IMG/VR virus record: IMGVR_UViG_3300020349_000025 | Span: 1-27,648 of that record | DNA length: 27,648 bases | Reading direction: 5' to 3' (one strand) | Origin: a virus | Taxonomy: Duplodnaviria; Caudoviricetes | In this document: positions 8,763 through 17,261 of the stretch, piece after piece | Numbering within the stretch: position 1 is the stretch's first letter | Layout of the letters: every line of letters starts with the position of its first letter | The notes under the pieces: generated by a model | The model's database searches: none | Told to the model about the DNA's origin: nothing | What the model saw: only the letters and a program-made list of their open reading frames with translations | Made by a program: the position numbers and the translations under genes

Positions 8763-9518
8763 ATGTCAAGACAGCGTCGTTTATCACCGAAGGAGAAAAG
8801 GAAGATTAAGCAGAGAAATGGACAAAGAATGGATAGTAAATTTTCCATGAATCATATTTCGCCACTGACTCCTACCCAAGAGGAATTTTTCGACAACTAT
8901 AACGCTGGGTATAATATTGCTGCAATTGGAACAGCAGGCACAGGTAAAACAATGTGCGGATTATATCTTGGTCTATGTGATATTTTAGATGATGACAATT
9001 ATGACCAAGTAATAATCGTTCGTTCAGCAGTACAGACAAGAGAGCAAGGTTTTATGCCAGGCACTCAGGCTCAAAAAGAAGCCGTCTATGCAGTACCCTA
9101 CGCGGATATAACAAACAACTTATTTGGCAGAGGAGACGCTTGGGAAATACTCAAACAAAAATGCTCAGTTAAGTTTATGACATCATCATTCGTTAGAGGA
9201 TTAACATTTGATAACTCTATCATAATTGTAGATGAATGTCAAAGCATGACATACCATGAACTCGATAGTATTATTACACGAGTTGGTGATTCGTCAAAAA
9301 TTATATTCTGCGGTGATACAGCACAAGATGATCTTGCCGGAACTAGACACAAACACGATACATCAGGACTACGAGATTTTCTTAAAGTCATTAAACGAAT
9401 GGATCATTCTTTCAAAGTAGTTCAATTTGGAATTGAAGACATTGTTAGAAGTGGATTAGTAAAAGAATACATTATAGCAAAGGAGAGAACAGAACTAAAG
9501 CCTCAACTCGTGGCTTAA
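8763..9518 (+). CDS. phoH: PhoH-family ATPase
   Basis: GTAGTGKT, RSAV, GFMPG, FVRGLTF, IIVDECQ, ITRVG, GDTAQDD, DIVRSGLV; AAGGAGG SD. Confidence 0.95.
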   Translation: MSRQRRLSPKEKRKIKQRNGQRMDSKFSMNHISPLTPTQEEFFDNYNAGYNIAAIGTAGTGKTMCGLYLGLCDILDDDNYDQVIIVRSAVQTREQGFMPGTQAQKEAVYAVPYADITNNLFGRGDAWEILKQKCSVKFMTSSFVRGLTFDNSIIIVDECQSMTYHELDSIITRVGDSSKIIFCGDTAQDDLAGTRHKHDTSGLRDFLKVIKRMDHSFKVVQFGIEDIVRSGLVKEYIIAKERTELKPQLVA

Positions 9519-9522
9519 ACTC

Positions 9523-9548
9523 GGAGGGGATCCTTCGGGATCCCTTTC
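9523..9548 (+). terminator. Hairpin with cUUCGg tetraloop (terminator or processing/stability element)
   Basis: GGGATCC-TTCG-GGATCCC (9527-9544) followed by a short TTT. Confidence 0.7.
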
Positions 9549-9566
9549 AACTCAAAGGAATATATT

Positions 9567-10262
9567 ATGAAATTATTTGAACACTATTCAGAGGCACCCG
9601 TCCTCGAAAAACTAACAAGAGCTTCCGTAGATGGTAAGCGTATATATCAAACACCATCAGGCGCAGGTTATCCGTCTGTCACAACTGTATTAGGTATTCT
9701 CGGTAAAGAGGATATACAAAAGTGGCGTGATCGCGTTGGTCATGAAGAAGCTAATCGTATTTCAACTCAAGCCGCTCGACGCGGTACTGCAGTTCATAAA
9801 CTTTGTGAAGATTATTTAGATAATGATCCTGATTATTCTAAAAAGCATATGCCTGCTAATATTCATATGTTTAATACAATGAAACCCATCTTGGACAAAC
9901 GAATAAATAATATTTGGTACCAGGAGTGTTTCTTATATTCAAACGAACTCCAAACAGCTGGTCAAGTTGACTGTATTGCTGAATGGGATGGAGAACTCGC
10001 GGTCGTTGATTTTAAAACATCAAAGAGACCAAAGAAAGAAGAATGGATTCTTAATTATTATATGCAAGTATCCTTTTATGCAAAAGCATTTGAAGAAATG
10101 ACTGGTAATAAAGTAAAAAAAGGTGTGGTCTTTATTGGTGTTGATGGAAACGAACCTCAAGTCTTTGAGTTTGACACAACAGCATATATTGATCATTTTG
10201 CAGCAGTACGAGATACGTATAAAGAGCTTTATGAAAAAGAAAAGACGGTACATAGTATTTGA
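9567..10262 (+). CDS. PD-(D/E)XK exonuclease (Cas4-like phage exonuclease)
   Basis: YPSVTTVL, RGTAVHKLCE, AGQVDCI, VDFKTS, YYMQVSFYA. Confidence 0.88.
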   Translation: MKLFEHYSEAPVLEKLTRASVDGKRIYQTPSGAGYPSVTTVLGILGKEDIQKWRDRVGHEEANRISTQAARRGTAVHKLCEDYLDNDPDYSKKHMPANIHMFNTMKPILDKRINNIWYQECFLYSNELQTAGQVDCIAEWDGELAVVDFKTSKRPKKEEWILNYYMQVSFYAKAFEEMTGNKVKKGVVFIGVDGNEPQVFEFDTTAYIDHFAAVRDTYKELYEKEKTVHSI

Positions 10263-10581
10263 TGATAACATGGGCGTGTTCTTAGGAACTTATAACGGCT
10301 ATGACCTTGGCATGGAAGACGATGGTAGAATCTATGCATGCTTTGCAGCTAATAATCCTTTTGGTTTAACTAACTGTTGTGGGTTTAAAACTGAGCGTGC
10401 TGCATACCATTATATAAACGATATGTTTCCACCAAGAAAGAAAAGAAACCTTAAAATTGGTGAAGTAGAAACAGAGACAGAATTTCCAACGGTTGTTGAT
10501 TTGATTAAATCAGGTTATAGCGACCAAACATTTGATATGATAGATGGATTAGTTGCAGAAGGAAGTCAACTATTACATTAA
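10231..10581 (+). CDS. Hypothetical protein
   Basis: Likely start MKKKRRYIV at 10231, overlapping the exonuclease end. Confidence 0.7.
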   Translation: MKKKRRYIVFDDNMGVFLGTYNGYDLGMEDDGRIYACFAANNPFGLTNCCGFKTERAAYHYINDMFPPRKKRNLKIGEVETETEFPTVVDLIKSGYSDQTFDMIDGLVAEGSQLLH

Positions 10582-10590
10582 TAACAGGAT

Positions 10591-11313
10591 ATGATTATGA
10601 ATCACAAAACGCTAAACAAAAACATGGACATGGGCTTTCTCGACATGGATCATGTAGCAAACATGAGAAAAGAATTCTTTATTAATAAGGATTATGAATG
10701 GTGGGGTCAAGTAAAAGAAGGTGACATCGTAGTTGACATTGGTACTTGTGTTGGTATGTTCAGTTGTCATGCTCTCGACTCCGGTGCAAGTAAAGTATAC
10801 ATGGTCGAACCAAATCAGCATCTATTAAAAACAGCAATAAACAATACTCTTCCTTATGTTATCAACGCAGTTGAATCACCAGTAGTTCCATGTCATGCTG
10901 CTATTATGAATCATGACGATCATATTACTCATATCTATGATAATGATAGTTCTGGAGATTTTAAACGTTTTCGTTTTAAAGAATTCATTGAACATTACGG
11001 TATAGAAAAAATTGACTTTCTCAAAATTGATTGCGAAGGTGGAGAGTACGATATCTTAACGAAAGAAAACTTTGATTGGATCTATAATAACGTTGGTCAT
11101 ATTGCAGTTGAAATACATCGTCGTCATGCGGACTCAGGCAGTAGTGATATGATTAAGTTCCGTAATGAATTCCTTAAACATTATGAAGAAGAAGACCGTT
11201 TGAGATATCAAGGCAGTGAGAATGGAAAAGGAATGTGGAACGACAAACTTATTCTTGATAATGATTGGCATAATTTGCCATCAGAATTCATGGCATATTT
11301 TATCAAAAAGTAG
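10591..11313 (+). CDS. FkbM-family SAM-dependent methyltransferase
   Basis: VVDIGTCVGMFS, VEPN, IDFLKIDCEGGEY, IAVEIH. Confidence 0.9.
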   Translation: MIMNHKTLNKNMDMGFLDMDHVANMRKEFFINKDYEWWGQVKEGDIVVDIGTCVGMFSCHALDSGASKVYMVEPNQHLLKTAINNTLPYVINAVESPVVPCHAAIMNHDDHITHIYDNDSSGDFKRFRFKEFIEHYGIEKIDFLKIDCEGGEYDILTKENFDWIYNNVGHIAVEIHRRHADSGSSDMIKFRNEFLKHYEEEDRLRYQGSENGKGMWNDKLILDNDWHNLPSEFMAYFIKK

Positions 11314-11342
11314 TTGACATGTCTCTCATAATAGTATATAAT
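11314..11342 (+). promoter_or_regulatory. Sigma70-type promoter; possibly leaderless transcript
   Basis: TTGACA 11314-11319, N17, TATAAT 11337-11342; ATG only 7 nt downstream, no SD. Confidence 0.85.
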
Positions 11343-11349
11343 ATAACCT

Positions 11350-11877
11350 ATGAAAGATAAACAATTAATTCAAGACGCGTTAATGTTAGCCATCAGAGCT
11401 CATGAAGGACAACGACGAAAGTATACCGGAGAACCATACTCCGCACATCCTATCGGCGTTTCAAAAATTATAGAAACAATTCCTGACCATACACCAGAGA
11501 TGGTTGCGGCTGCGTTATTACATGACGTCGTTGAAGATACTCCGATTACATTTTTGGACATCAAAAATCAATTTGGTTCTGTCGTTGCTGAATACGTTCA
11601 TTATTGTTCTAATGTCTCCGAACAAGGAGATGGGAACCGTGCGTTTCGTAAGAAGATGGACGCAGATCATTTTGCGATGGGTCCTGCTGAAAGTCAGTCT
11701 ATAAAGGTTGCTGATTTAATACATAATAGCGAATCCATTATACCGAACGATCCAAAGTTCTTCCACAAAGCATACAAGCACGAAAAACAATACCTATTGA
11801 ATGTTTTAACTAAAGCAAACCCAATACTCAAGAGTCATGCTCAATCGATGCTTGACGATGCATGGAATCCGGCTTAA
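11350..11877 (+). CDS. HD-domain protein, Mesh1/SpoT-like small alarmone hydrolase family
   Basis: AHEGQRRKYTGEPYSAHP, AALLHDVVEDT, IKVADLIHN. Confidence 0.85.
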   Translation: MKDKQLIQDALMLAIRAHEGQRRKYTGEPYSAHPIGVSKIIETIPDHTPEMVAAALLHDVVEDTPITFLDIKNQFGSVVAEYVHYCSNVSEQGDGNRAFRKKMDADHFAMGPAESQSIKVADLIHNSESIIPNDPKFFHKAYKHEKQYLLNVLTKANPILKSHAQSMLDDAWNPA

Positions 11878-11891
11878 TCGTCGGATTTCTT
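11864..11891 (+). terminator. Putative intrinsic terminator hairpin
   Basis: GGAATCCGGC-TTAATC-GTCGGATTTC 10-bp stem spanning the stop codon; weak U tail. Confidence 0.5.
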
Positions 11892-11942
11892 CCATATAAC
11901 CTCCAGTTCTATCCATATTCCTTATTGATCTAAAAAAGTTAG

Positions 11943-12017
11943 TTTATTTTCATAAAAACTATTGACATTCTTTATGAAACCGTTTATAATGGTTGTATAA
12001 ATTAAATTAATGGAGAA
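11943..12017 (+). repeat. Promoter/SD cassette repeat, copy A (TTGACA 11962-11967, TATAAT 11985-11990)
   Basis: Matches 16233-16306 except for one indel and two substitutions; related copy at 12678-12737. Confidence 0.9.
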
Positions 12018-12022
12018 ACAAT

Positions 12023-12340
12023 ATGGGAACTAAATTTAACAAAGAAGAATTTACTTGGGACGGAATGTACCTAATGTATCGTGGAGAATTCCCAGGAGCT
12101 CCGCTAATGAACGAAGTTCATCCTAACTGTCATCCTTCATGGATTGGCAAAGTCAAGCCTAACTTTATCGCAAGATTCAAGTACGGCTCAAAGCCTTATA
12201 AATCTTACATCAACTGTATTGTAGATAACTACACTGTTGAGGAATACCTAAAGGTTTCAAGAGAAACATCTCCATTGGAAGCAGTTCAAAGAGTTGGCTA
12301 TTCAGGAAGAGGCAGATATTATTCAAGGAGTGCTGCATAA
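12023..12340 (+). CDS. Hypothetical protein
   Basis: 105-aa ORF after promoter and GGAG SD. Confidence 0.8.
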   Translation: MGTKFNKEEFTWDGMYLMYRGEFPGAPLMNEVHPNCHPSWIGKVKPNFIARFKYGSKPYKSYINCIVDNYTVEEYLKVSRETSPLEAVQRVGYSGRGRYYSRSAA

Positions 12341-12690
12341 TGAAAAATACATATTGGGAAGGAAAAGGAACTTATCAAGAAATTTCTGATAAGCTTGAAG
12401 AAATGGTTCCAGTAAGTGGAGCTTGTTATAATATACCTGAAGATGAAGAGTCAGGCATTAATAAACCACTTGATATGTTTCGTGAAACTGTTAATGCATA
12501 TTATGATATTTTCAATAACGGTGGAGGTAACTCCGCGAGTCGTAGAGTTTCTTACTACTTTCCTGGTGTCATGTCAGTCATTAATCGTAACTACAGAAAC
12601 ATTGATTGGCAACTTGTTGAAAGTATCGTGGAGCCTATAATGGATAAGAGAGTTTTGCTCACAGCAAAAAAGATGAATTTATTTTCATAA
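12340..12690 (+). CDS. Hypothetical protein
   Basis: 116-aa ORF, AGGAG SD, TAATG coupling; YYDIFNNGGGN motif. Confidence 0.8.
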   Translation: MKNTYWEGKGTYQEISDKLEEMVPVSGACYNIPEDEESGINKPLDMFRETVNAYYDIFNNGGGNSASRRVSYYFPGVMSVINRNYRNIDWQLVESIVEPIMDKRVLLTAKKMNLFS

Positions 12691-12695
12691 AACTA

Positions 12696-12724
12696 TTGAC
12701 ATTCATTATGAAACCGTTTATAAT
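12696..12724 (+). promoter_or_regulatory. Sigma70-type promoter (cassette copy B)
   Basis: TTGACA 12696-12701, N17, TATAAT 12719-12724. Confidence 0.9.
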
Positions 12725-12753
12725 AGTTCTATAAATTGGAAAAAGGAAAAAAT

Positions 12754-13113
12754 ATGAAAAATTACATCGTCAAACAAATCGTCGTTCCTAAGTCTGAAGA
12801 AGAATACCCAAATCTTTATGGTTGGGGTGGAGCTGAGGAAAAATCACCAGCTTGGAAAGCAAAGCTTGCATATATGCATGGCCTGAGAAGGAACGAGTTT
12901 GATTCTGCTGATCTTGCATTGTATGAAGATACTTACGATGTTCAAGCAAAGAGTCTCGATGATGTATTTAGGATTACCAATCTTTGGGAAGATCCTGATG
13001 CAGTTCATGCGTTTAGAGTTGGTCATAGTACATCTGTCGGAGATATCATCTTAGATAAGTCTGATAACAAAATGTACATGGTTGATTCATTTGGTTTTAA
13101 GGAGGTAGCGTAA
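12754..13113 (+). CDS. Hypothetical protein, YodL-like C-terminal motif
   Basis: LDDVFRITN...HSTSVGDII...YMVDSFGFKEV; AAGGA SD before ATG 12754. Confidence 0.75.
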   Translation: MKNYIVKQIVVPKSEEEYPNLYGWGGAEEKSPAWKAKLAYMHGLRRNEFDSADLALYEDTYDVQAKSLDDVFRITNLWEDPDAVHAFRVGHSTSVGDIILDKSDNKMYMVDSFGFKEVA

Positions 13114-13271
13114 TGCTTAAGGAAATGTTTACTTTTTTAGATGATCTACGAGAAAGTGGATCTATTAATATGTTTGGAGCTCCAATGATTCTACGTGAAG
13201 AATTTGGATTATCAAAAGCTGAATCGTTCGAGGTGTTCACTGCCTGGACGAAGCAATTTACTGAAGAGTGA
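13113..13271 (+). CDS. Small hypothetical phage protein (52 aa; not in ORF track)
   Basis: MLKEMFTFLDDLRESGSINMFGAPMILREEFGLSKAESFEVFTAWTKQFTEE*; AAGGAGG SD, TAATG coupling. Confidence 0.8.
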   Translation: MLKEMFTFLDDLRESGSINMFGAPMILREEFGLSKAESFEVFTAWTKQFTEE

Positions 13272-13280
13272 AAAAAGTAG

Positions 13281-13309
13281 TTGACATTCGTTATGATCTA
13301 GATTATAAT
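13281..13309 (+). promoter_or_regulatory. Sigma70-type promoter
   Basis: TTGACA 13281-13286, N17, TATAAT 13304-13309. Confidence 0.9.
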
Positions 13310-13346
13310 GGTTGTTGAAATTAATTAATAATGAGGAAATTAAATT

Positions 13347-14312
13347 ATGGCACATGAATTAGAAATGATAAATGGACAAGCTGCAATGGCATATCGTCAA
13401 TCGTCTGGAGTACCTTGGCATGGTCTAGGAACACCAGTTGAAGATGACATGTCTCCAATCGAAATGATGAAAGCAGCTAACCTAGATTGGAAGGTATCCA
13501 AGCAACCATCTTTCGTTGAAATCAACGGAGAAAAGGTATTAACAGGTCAAGAAGCTTTGGTTCGCGAAAGTGACGGCAAGATTCTGACTAACGTATCTGG
13601 TAATTGGAAACCATGTCAAAATCAAGATGCTTTTGAATTCTTTAATGAATTCGTAAACACTGAAGGTAGCAACTCCATGCAGATGGACACAGCAGGTAGT
13701 TTGAAAGACGGTCAAATCGTTTTCGCAGCTGCTAATGTAAACGATGGATTTACACTTGCTAATGATGATGAAGTAAAAGGATTTCTTTTATTCTCAAATC
13801 CTCATGTATATGGTAAGTCTATTGATGTCAAGTTCGTAATGACAAGAGTTGTTTGTAATAATACTCTTTCTATGGCTTTGACTGAACGTGGTCAACCTGC
13901 AGTTAGGTTATCTCATCGTAATCACTTCAATCCTGAAATGGTTAAAGAGTTATTGGGTATCTCACACAATCGTGTAGAGCAATTCAAAGAAGCTGCTGAG
14001 TTCCTTTCATCGAAGCGTTACTCTGATAAAGCTTACAAGCTATTCCTATCGCAAGTATTCGGTACTTCTAATCAAGAAGGCAAGATCCTCTCAAGGACTG
14101 CTGAACGTGCATTAGAAATCGTAGATACTCAACCAGGAGCAAATATGTCACCAGGAACTTGGTGGAATGCTTACAACTCAGTAACATATATGACTGACCA
14201 CGAAATGGGAAGGTCTGCTGATACTCGAGCTGCTGCAGCTTGGTTCGGACACAATGCAAAAAGAAAGCTTGATGCTCTCAATCTTGCAGTTGAAATGGCG
14301 GAGGTAGCGTAA
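13347..14312 (+). CDS. DUF932 family phage/plasmid protein
   Basis: MAHE start, PWHGLG, ANLDWKV, QNQDAFEFF, TAGSLKDG, RVVCNNTL, GTWWNAYNSVT. Confidence 0.9.
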   Translation: MAHELEMINGQAAMAYRQSSGVPWHGLGTPVEDDMSPIEMMKAANLDWKVSKQPSFVEINGEKVLTGQEALVRESDGKILTNVSGNWKPCQNQDAFEFFNEFVNTEGSNSMQMDTAGSLKDGQIVFAAANVNDGFTLANDDEVKGFLLFSNPHVYGKSIDVKFVMTRVVCNNTLSMALTERGQPAVRLSHRNHFNPEMVKELLGISHNRVEQFKEAAEFLSSKRYSDKAYKLFLSQVFGTSNQEGKILSRTAERALEIVDTQPGANMSPGTWWNAYNSVTYMTDHEMGRSADTRAAAAWFGHNAKRKLDALNLAVEMAEVA

Positions 14313-14332
14313 GCTACCTTCTATTTTATTTT
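14300..14332 (+). terminator. Intrinsic terminator
   Basis: GAGGTAGC-GTAA-GCTACCTT (GNRA loop) followed by a T-rich tract. Confidence 0.7.
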
Positions 14333-14352
14333 GATGATTTACATAAAAACTA

Positions 14353-14381
14353 TTGACATCATAAAGAAACTGTGTTATAAT
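14353..14381 (+). promoter_or_regulatory. Sigma70-type promoter
   Basis: TTGACA 14353-14358, N17, TG-extended TATAAT 14376-14381. Confidence 0.9.
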
Positions 14382-14412
14382 AGTTGTATAAATTAAAATA
14401 ATTGGAGTTATT

Positions 14413-14766
14413 ATGAAATTTGATAAAAACGGAAAACAAAGAACTGATGCTTACGTCGGAACATACAGCATCGAATGTGCTGGTGATATGCTCGAAGTAA
14501 ATAAGGTCAAAGACTTCGTCAAGATGATGAATAGAGATCTTAAGCAGAGTGACGCAAGGTGCAAAGCCGGCTACCCTCTTAGGTACAGAACATCTTTAAA
14601 AGGCAGACAGCCAATTAACAAAGTAAGACATCCAAGAACTGGACAACTCAGAGGTTATACATACCACGGAGATGTGATTGGTGGAATGCAAAATTGTGCA
14701 GCTGTTGATGTTTATATCCACAGATACTTAAGTGACACAATGTGGAGGGACAAGAAAACATCATGA
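14413..14766 (+). CDS. Hypothetical protein
   Basis: 117-aa ORF with GGAG SD after promoter. Confidence 0.8.
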   Translation: MKFDKNGKQRTDAYVGTYSIECAGDMLEVNKVKDFVKMMNRDLKQSDARCKAGYPLRYRTSLKGRQPINKVRHPRTGQLRGYTYHGDVIGGMQNCAAVDVYIHRYLSDTMWRDKKTS

Positions 14767-14876
14767 AGATTAAATTAGAAATTGAGCTTGATACAGATAG
14801 AGACTCTCGAGAGATTGCAGAAATTCTGGAGCTTATAGAAAAAATTAAAGAAAAGACGGAGGAAGTTAGTGAGTAA
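14763..14876 (+). CDS. Small hypothetical protein (37 aa; not in ORF track)
   Basis: MKIKLEIELDTDRDSREIAEILELIEKIKEKTEEVSE*; ATGA overlap upstream, overlaps the epimerase start. Confidence 0.6.
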   Translation: MKIKLEIELDTDRDSREIAEILELIEKIKEKTEEVSE

Positions 14877-15882
14877 GATACTTATTACAGGTGGAACTGG
14901 ATTTGTAGGTACGAATCTTCTTCCTCTATTAAATGCGGAAGGCCATGAGGTAGTACTTGTGGATAACCTTTCACAGTCGGTCTATGTACCAGAGTTCCAT
15001 GCTTCAGCTAAGTTCTATCTTGCTGATATTACTGATTCTGTTATGTTAGACAAAATATTCGCAGCAGAGAAACCTGATGTGGTATTTCACTTCGGTGGTT
15101 TAGTATCAATCTATGACTGCCATAACGAACCTGTCTTTGCAGCTGAACAGAATATCATTGGTTCTATCAATGTATTTAATGCAGCTCTAAATAATGGTTG
15201 TGACAGAGTTATCTTTTCGGAAACATCTGCAGTATACGAAAACGTTGAGCTACCTGCAGATGGCTATAAAGAAGGTTCTTCAGATCCTACAACATTCTAT
15301 GCAGCATCAAAAGCAGCAGTTGCTTTGATAGCAGATAGTTATGCAAGGACAAGAGGACTAAAGTATACGGCTTTACGTTACTTCAACATAGCTGGTCCAA
15401 TTCAGGACTATAAGAGAACAGTACCTCCATTGTTTGCTGGTTTTGCTCTCAGGCTATTAGGTGGTAATCAACCAATCATATTTGGAGACGGTACACGTAG
15501 GAGAGATTTTATTCATGTCGATGATGTAAATAAATTCCACTTACAATGCTTAACAGATGATAGGACAGTTAATGAAACTTTCAATCTTGGCATGGCAAAC
15601 AGTCATTCACTGCATGAAATAGGTACGATCATATTCGATTATTTAAGAGATGAAGTATCTTTGGATTACCTTGAGTATGTTCAGATGGATGAAATCAATG
15701 GAGAAGCTCATACGATATTTGCTAATATTGAAAAAGCTAAAGCCATCGGCTGGGTTCCTGAGAAGACGATACAAGATGCTATATTCGATACGATAGATTA
15801 CCTGAAGAAGGAAATTGAGTCAGGCAACGTTAACCCTAGTGACTTTATGAAGGATCTAGACACATCAAAGGTAAAAATATAA
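14869..15882 (+). CDS. NAD-dependent NDP-sugar epimerase/dehydratase (GalE-like extended SDR)
   Basis: ILITGGTGFVG, YAASK, LRYFNIAGP, IFGDGTRRRDFIHVDDV; GTG start after GGAGG. Confidence 0.92.
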   Translation: MSKILITGGTGFVGTNLLPLLNAEGHEVVLVDNLSQSVYVPEFHASAKFYLADITDSVMLDKIFAAEKPDVVFHFGGLVSIYDCHNEPVFAAEQNIIGSINVFNAALNNGCDRVIFSETSAVYENVELPADGYKEGSSDPTTFYAASKAAVALIADSYARTRGLKYTALRYFNIAGPIQDYKRTVPPLFAGFALRLLGGNQPIIFGDGTRRRDFIHVDDVNKFHLQCLTDDRTVNETFNLGMANSHSLHEIGTIIFDYLRDEVSLDYLEYVQMDEINGEAHTIFANIEKAKAIGWVPEKTIQDAIFDTIDYLKKEIESGNVNPSDFMKDLDTSKVKI

Positions 15883-16205
15883 TGAGTCCAAAATACGAAG
15901 AATCTGATGGCAGAAAAAGAAATAAAAGTGGAGATAGAAATTTCGACAAAGAAGCTCGAGCCTTACTTTCTGGGTTGTCTGAAATGCAGCTTTATAAACT
16001 TTTTGAAATCGTACATACCGAGATGAAACGACCTTGTACTGACGAAAGGACGCTTGAACTACAAGCAGTGAAAAAAGCGATTCGTAGTACTCCAGGAGTT
16101 CAGCCATATAGGTTTGATAGAATCATTAATGGTTATCAATCAGAAATGGCAAGAACTGGCCGACCAAAGGATGGTCAATTTATTCCTTATAAAAAGAAGA
16201 CTTAA
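15882..16205 (+). CDS. Hypothetical protein
   Basis: 107-aa ORF, TAATG coupling. Confidence 0.7.
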   Translation: MSPKYEESDGRKRNKSGDRNFDKEARALLSGLSEMQLYKLFEIVHTEMKRPCTDERTLELQAVKKAIRSTPGVQPYRFDRIINGYQSEMARTGRPKDGQFIPYKKKT

Positions 16206-16232
16206 TATAACGAAAAGTTCTAATTAAAATGA

Positions 16233-16306
16233 TTTATTTTCATAAAACTATTGACATTCTTTATGAAACCATATATAATGGTTGTATAAATTAAATTAAT
16301 GGAGAA
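16233..16306 (+). repeat. Promoter/SD cassette repeat, copy C (TTGACA 16251-16256, TATAAT 16274-16279)
   Basis: Near-identical to 11943-12017. Confidence 0.9.
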
Positions 16307-16309
16307 GAT

Positions 16310-16804
16310 ATGAAATTAGTAATTCAGACACAGTACAGAGAAAACTACGCGGCTCATAATGAGGATTATGTCCATGGAGTTTCTGAGGCTTATTGGAAGT
16401 TCAAGGGTGGCGAAACGTTCGTCGTTTCTTGTTCGTTTGCAGATGCGGCTGAACCTGCATTTAGGCAAGCTGCTTTTGACGCAGTGTCGTATTCTAACGA
16501 AGCTTCTGAGGAATATGTTCTTGATTGGGAAATCGTCGATGACGCTGAGTTCTCAATCTCTAACCACATTGAGGAGTGGGATACTCCAACAATGCTTTGG
16601 TTTGATGGTGAGCATTTCATGGCCACTAAGAAGACCGACAATACCGACATGGGGTATATGAGGTCCGAGATTCTTACTAAGTTTGAGTCATGGACTATCA
16701 CTCCTGAGGATAGTAGGTCTGACTATAAATCAACATTCACCATGGACGACGGTTCAGAGTTAACATATGCTGAACTTGGTTCTTACTTTGCGGAGGCAGC
16801 GTAA
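16310..16804 (+). CDS. Hypothetical phage protein
   Basis: 164-aa acidic ORF after promoter; TQYRENYAAH and YWKFKGG motifs. Confidence 0.8.
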   Translation: MKLVIQTQYRENYAAHNEDYVHGVSEAYWKFKGGETFVVSCSFADAAEPAFRQAAFDAVSYSNEASEEYVLDWEIVDDAEFSISNHIEEWDTPTMLWFDGEHFMATKKTDNTDMGYMRSEILTKFESWTITPEDSRSDYKSTFTMDDGSELTYAELGSYFAEAA

Positions 16805-17043
16805 TGTATAGTGGAAACCCAAACGTAAATCCTAACTCGTGGACAGAATATGTCTCTGTAGCTTTGTTTATAGCAATATTATCTGTAGGTTTTTTCTACG
16901 CGGTAAGTGTAACTGCTAATATGCCTGATGTTCATGTATCACATTCAACTAATGAGTGTGTTGAAGTAATAAATTATACTGAAGAAAAATTGTTCTCTTG
17001 TGAGAATATGCCTACTAAGTATAATAAGGTTTGGGTGAAATAA
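16804..17043 (+). CDS. Small membrane-anchored protein
   Basis: One hydrophobic segment, two Cys; GGAGG SD and TAATG coupling. Confidence 0.75.
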   Translation: MYSGNPNVNPNSWTEYVSVALFIAILSVGFFYAVSVTANMPDVHVSHSTNECVEVINYTEEKLFSCENMPTKYNKVWVK

Positions 17044-17261
17044 TGGAGACAATATTTTCATACATCGCAGGAATCATTCTTTTATGGATTATGGGTCATG
17101 TAGTCTATATGCAAACTCATATGTCTGAAGAAAATAGACAAGGTAAAGGAATACCTCTTTATTGGGAAGAGGGTGGTTGGTACTACGAATGGAAAAAGAA
17201 AAGAAAGCAAAAGACTTTTGATAAATCTAAAGTAAAATATTTTGATGGAGATAACACATGA
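17043..17261 (+). CDS. Small membrane protein
   Basis: N-terminal TM segment; TAATG coupling. Confidence 0.7.
   Translation: METIFSYIAGIILLWIMGHVVYMQTHMSEENRQGKGIPLYWEEGGWYYEWKKKRKQKTFDKSKVKYFDGDNT

Noticed and set aside
9567-10262. Cas4/CRISPR system
   Set aside because: No Fe-S Cys cluster, no other cas genes and no repeat-spacer array; an ordinary phage exonuclease
11996-16292. TATAAATT at 11996, 12730, 14387 and 16285 as T4 late promoters
   Set aside because: Mismatch to TATAAATA at the last base, and each sits at the +1 region of an early promoter within the AT-rich cassette; cannot be supported separately
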